From Takakia lepidozioides (lineage: Eukaryota; Plantae; Bryophyta): 64,000 nt of DNA. The stretch lies in assembly GCA_030704615.1 (NCBI GenBank), contig CM060731.1, positions 33,170,001 through 33,234,000 on the forward strand, written 5' to 3'. The position numbers and the translations under genes are program-made. The notes beneath the pieces were generated by a model. It had not been told where the DNA came from and ran no database searches. It saw only the letters and a program-made list of their open reading frames with translations. This document shows, in pieces, positions 63,981 through 64,000 of the stretch. Position 1 is the stretch's first letter. Each line of letters opens with the position of its first letter.

Positions 63981-64000
63981 CCGCACCAGGCTCAAGCAAA

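Noticed and set aside
63349-63999. 216-aa minus-strand ORF as a gene
   Set aside because: It spans the PBS and 5' leader of the Gypsy element, starts at the window edge and has no recognisable motif.

Overview
Eukaryotic, intron-rich DNA, most likely from a non-seed land plant (inferred from plant-type CACTA, MULE and calmodulin-binding families together with a fungal/algal-type UapA permease). 1-9.9 kb holds the 3' part of an 11-exon UapA-like uric acid/xanthine permease whose introns are packed with stacked, 5'-truncated LINE copies. 10-29 kb holds the 3' end of a plant calmodulin-binding-domain gene (minus strand) and several small TIR elements (piggyBac-like, hAT, Tc1/mariner). 29,178-45,232 is a 16-kb Mutator-like element (about 120-bp TIRs, 9-bp TSD). 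It carries a SWIM/DDE transposase, a divergent pair made of a ParB-like (VWDGNHR) gene and a beta-class (N4-C/N6-A type) DNA methyltransferase-like gene, a second SWIM gene, about 19 copies of a 28-bp palindrome confined to the non-coding parts of that cassette, and captured CACTA and Gypsy fragments. All of these genes are decayed in this copy. 46-64 kb holds an LTR remnant, a dead Ulp1-protease gene split by another MULE that carries a second palindrome family with the same CGTYRACG core, a CACTA TnpA-like gene with a 104-bp satellite in an intron, and a Gypsy gag. The best candidate for an undescribed system is the transposon-borne ParB-like + amino-methyltransferase + palindromic-site cassette. 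All family assignments come from motifs read by eye; no database search was run.
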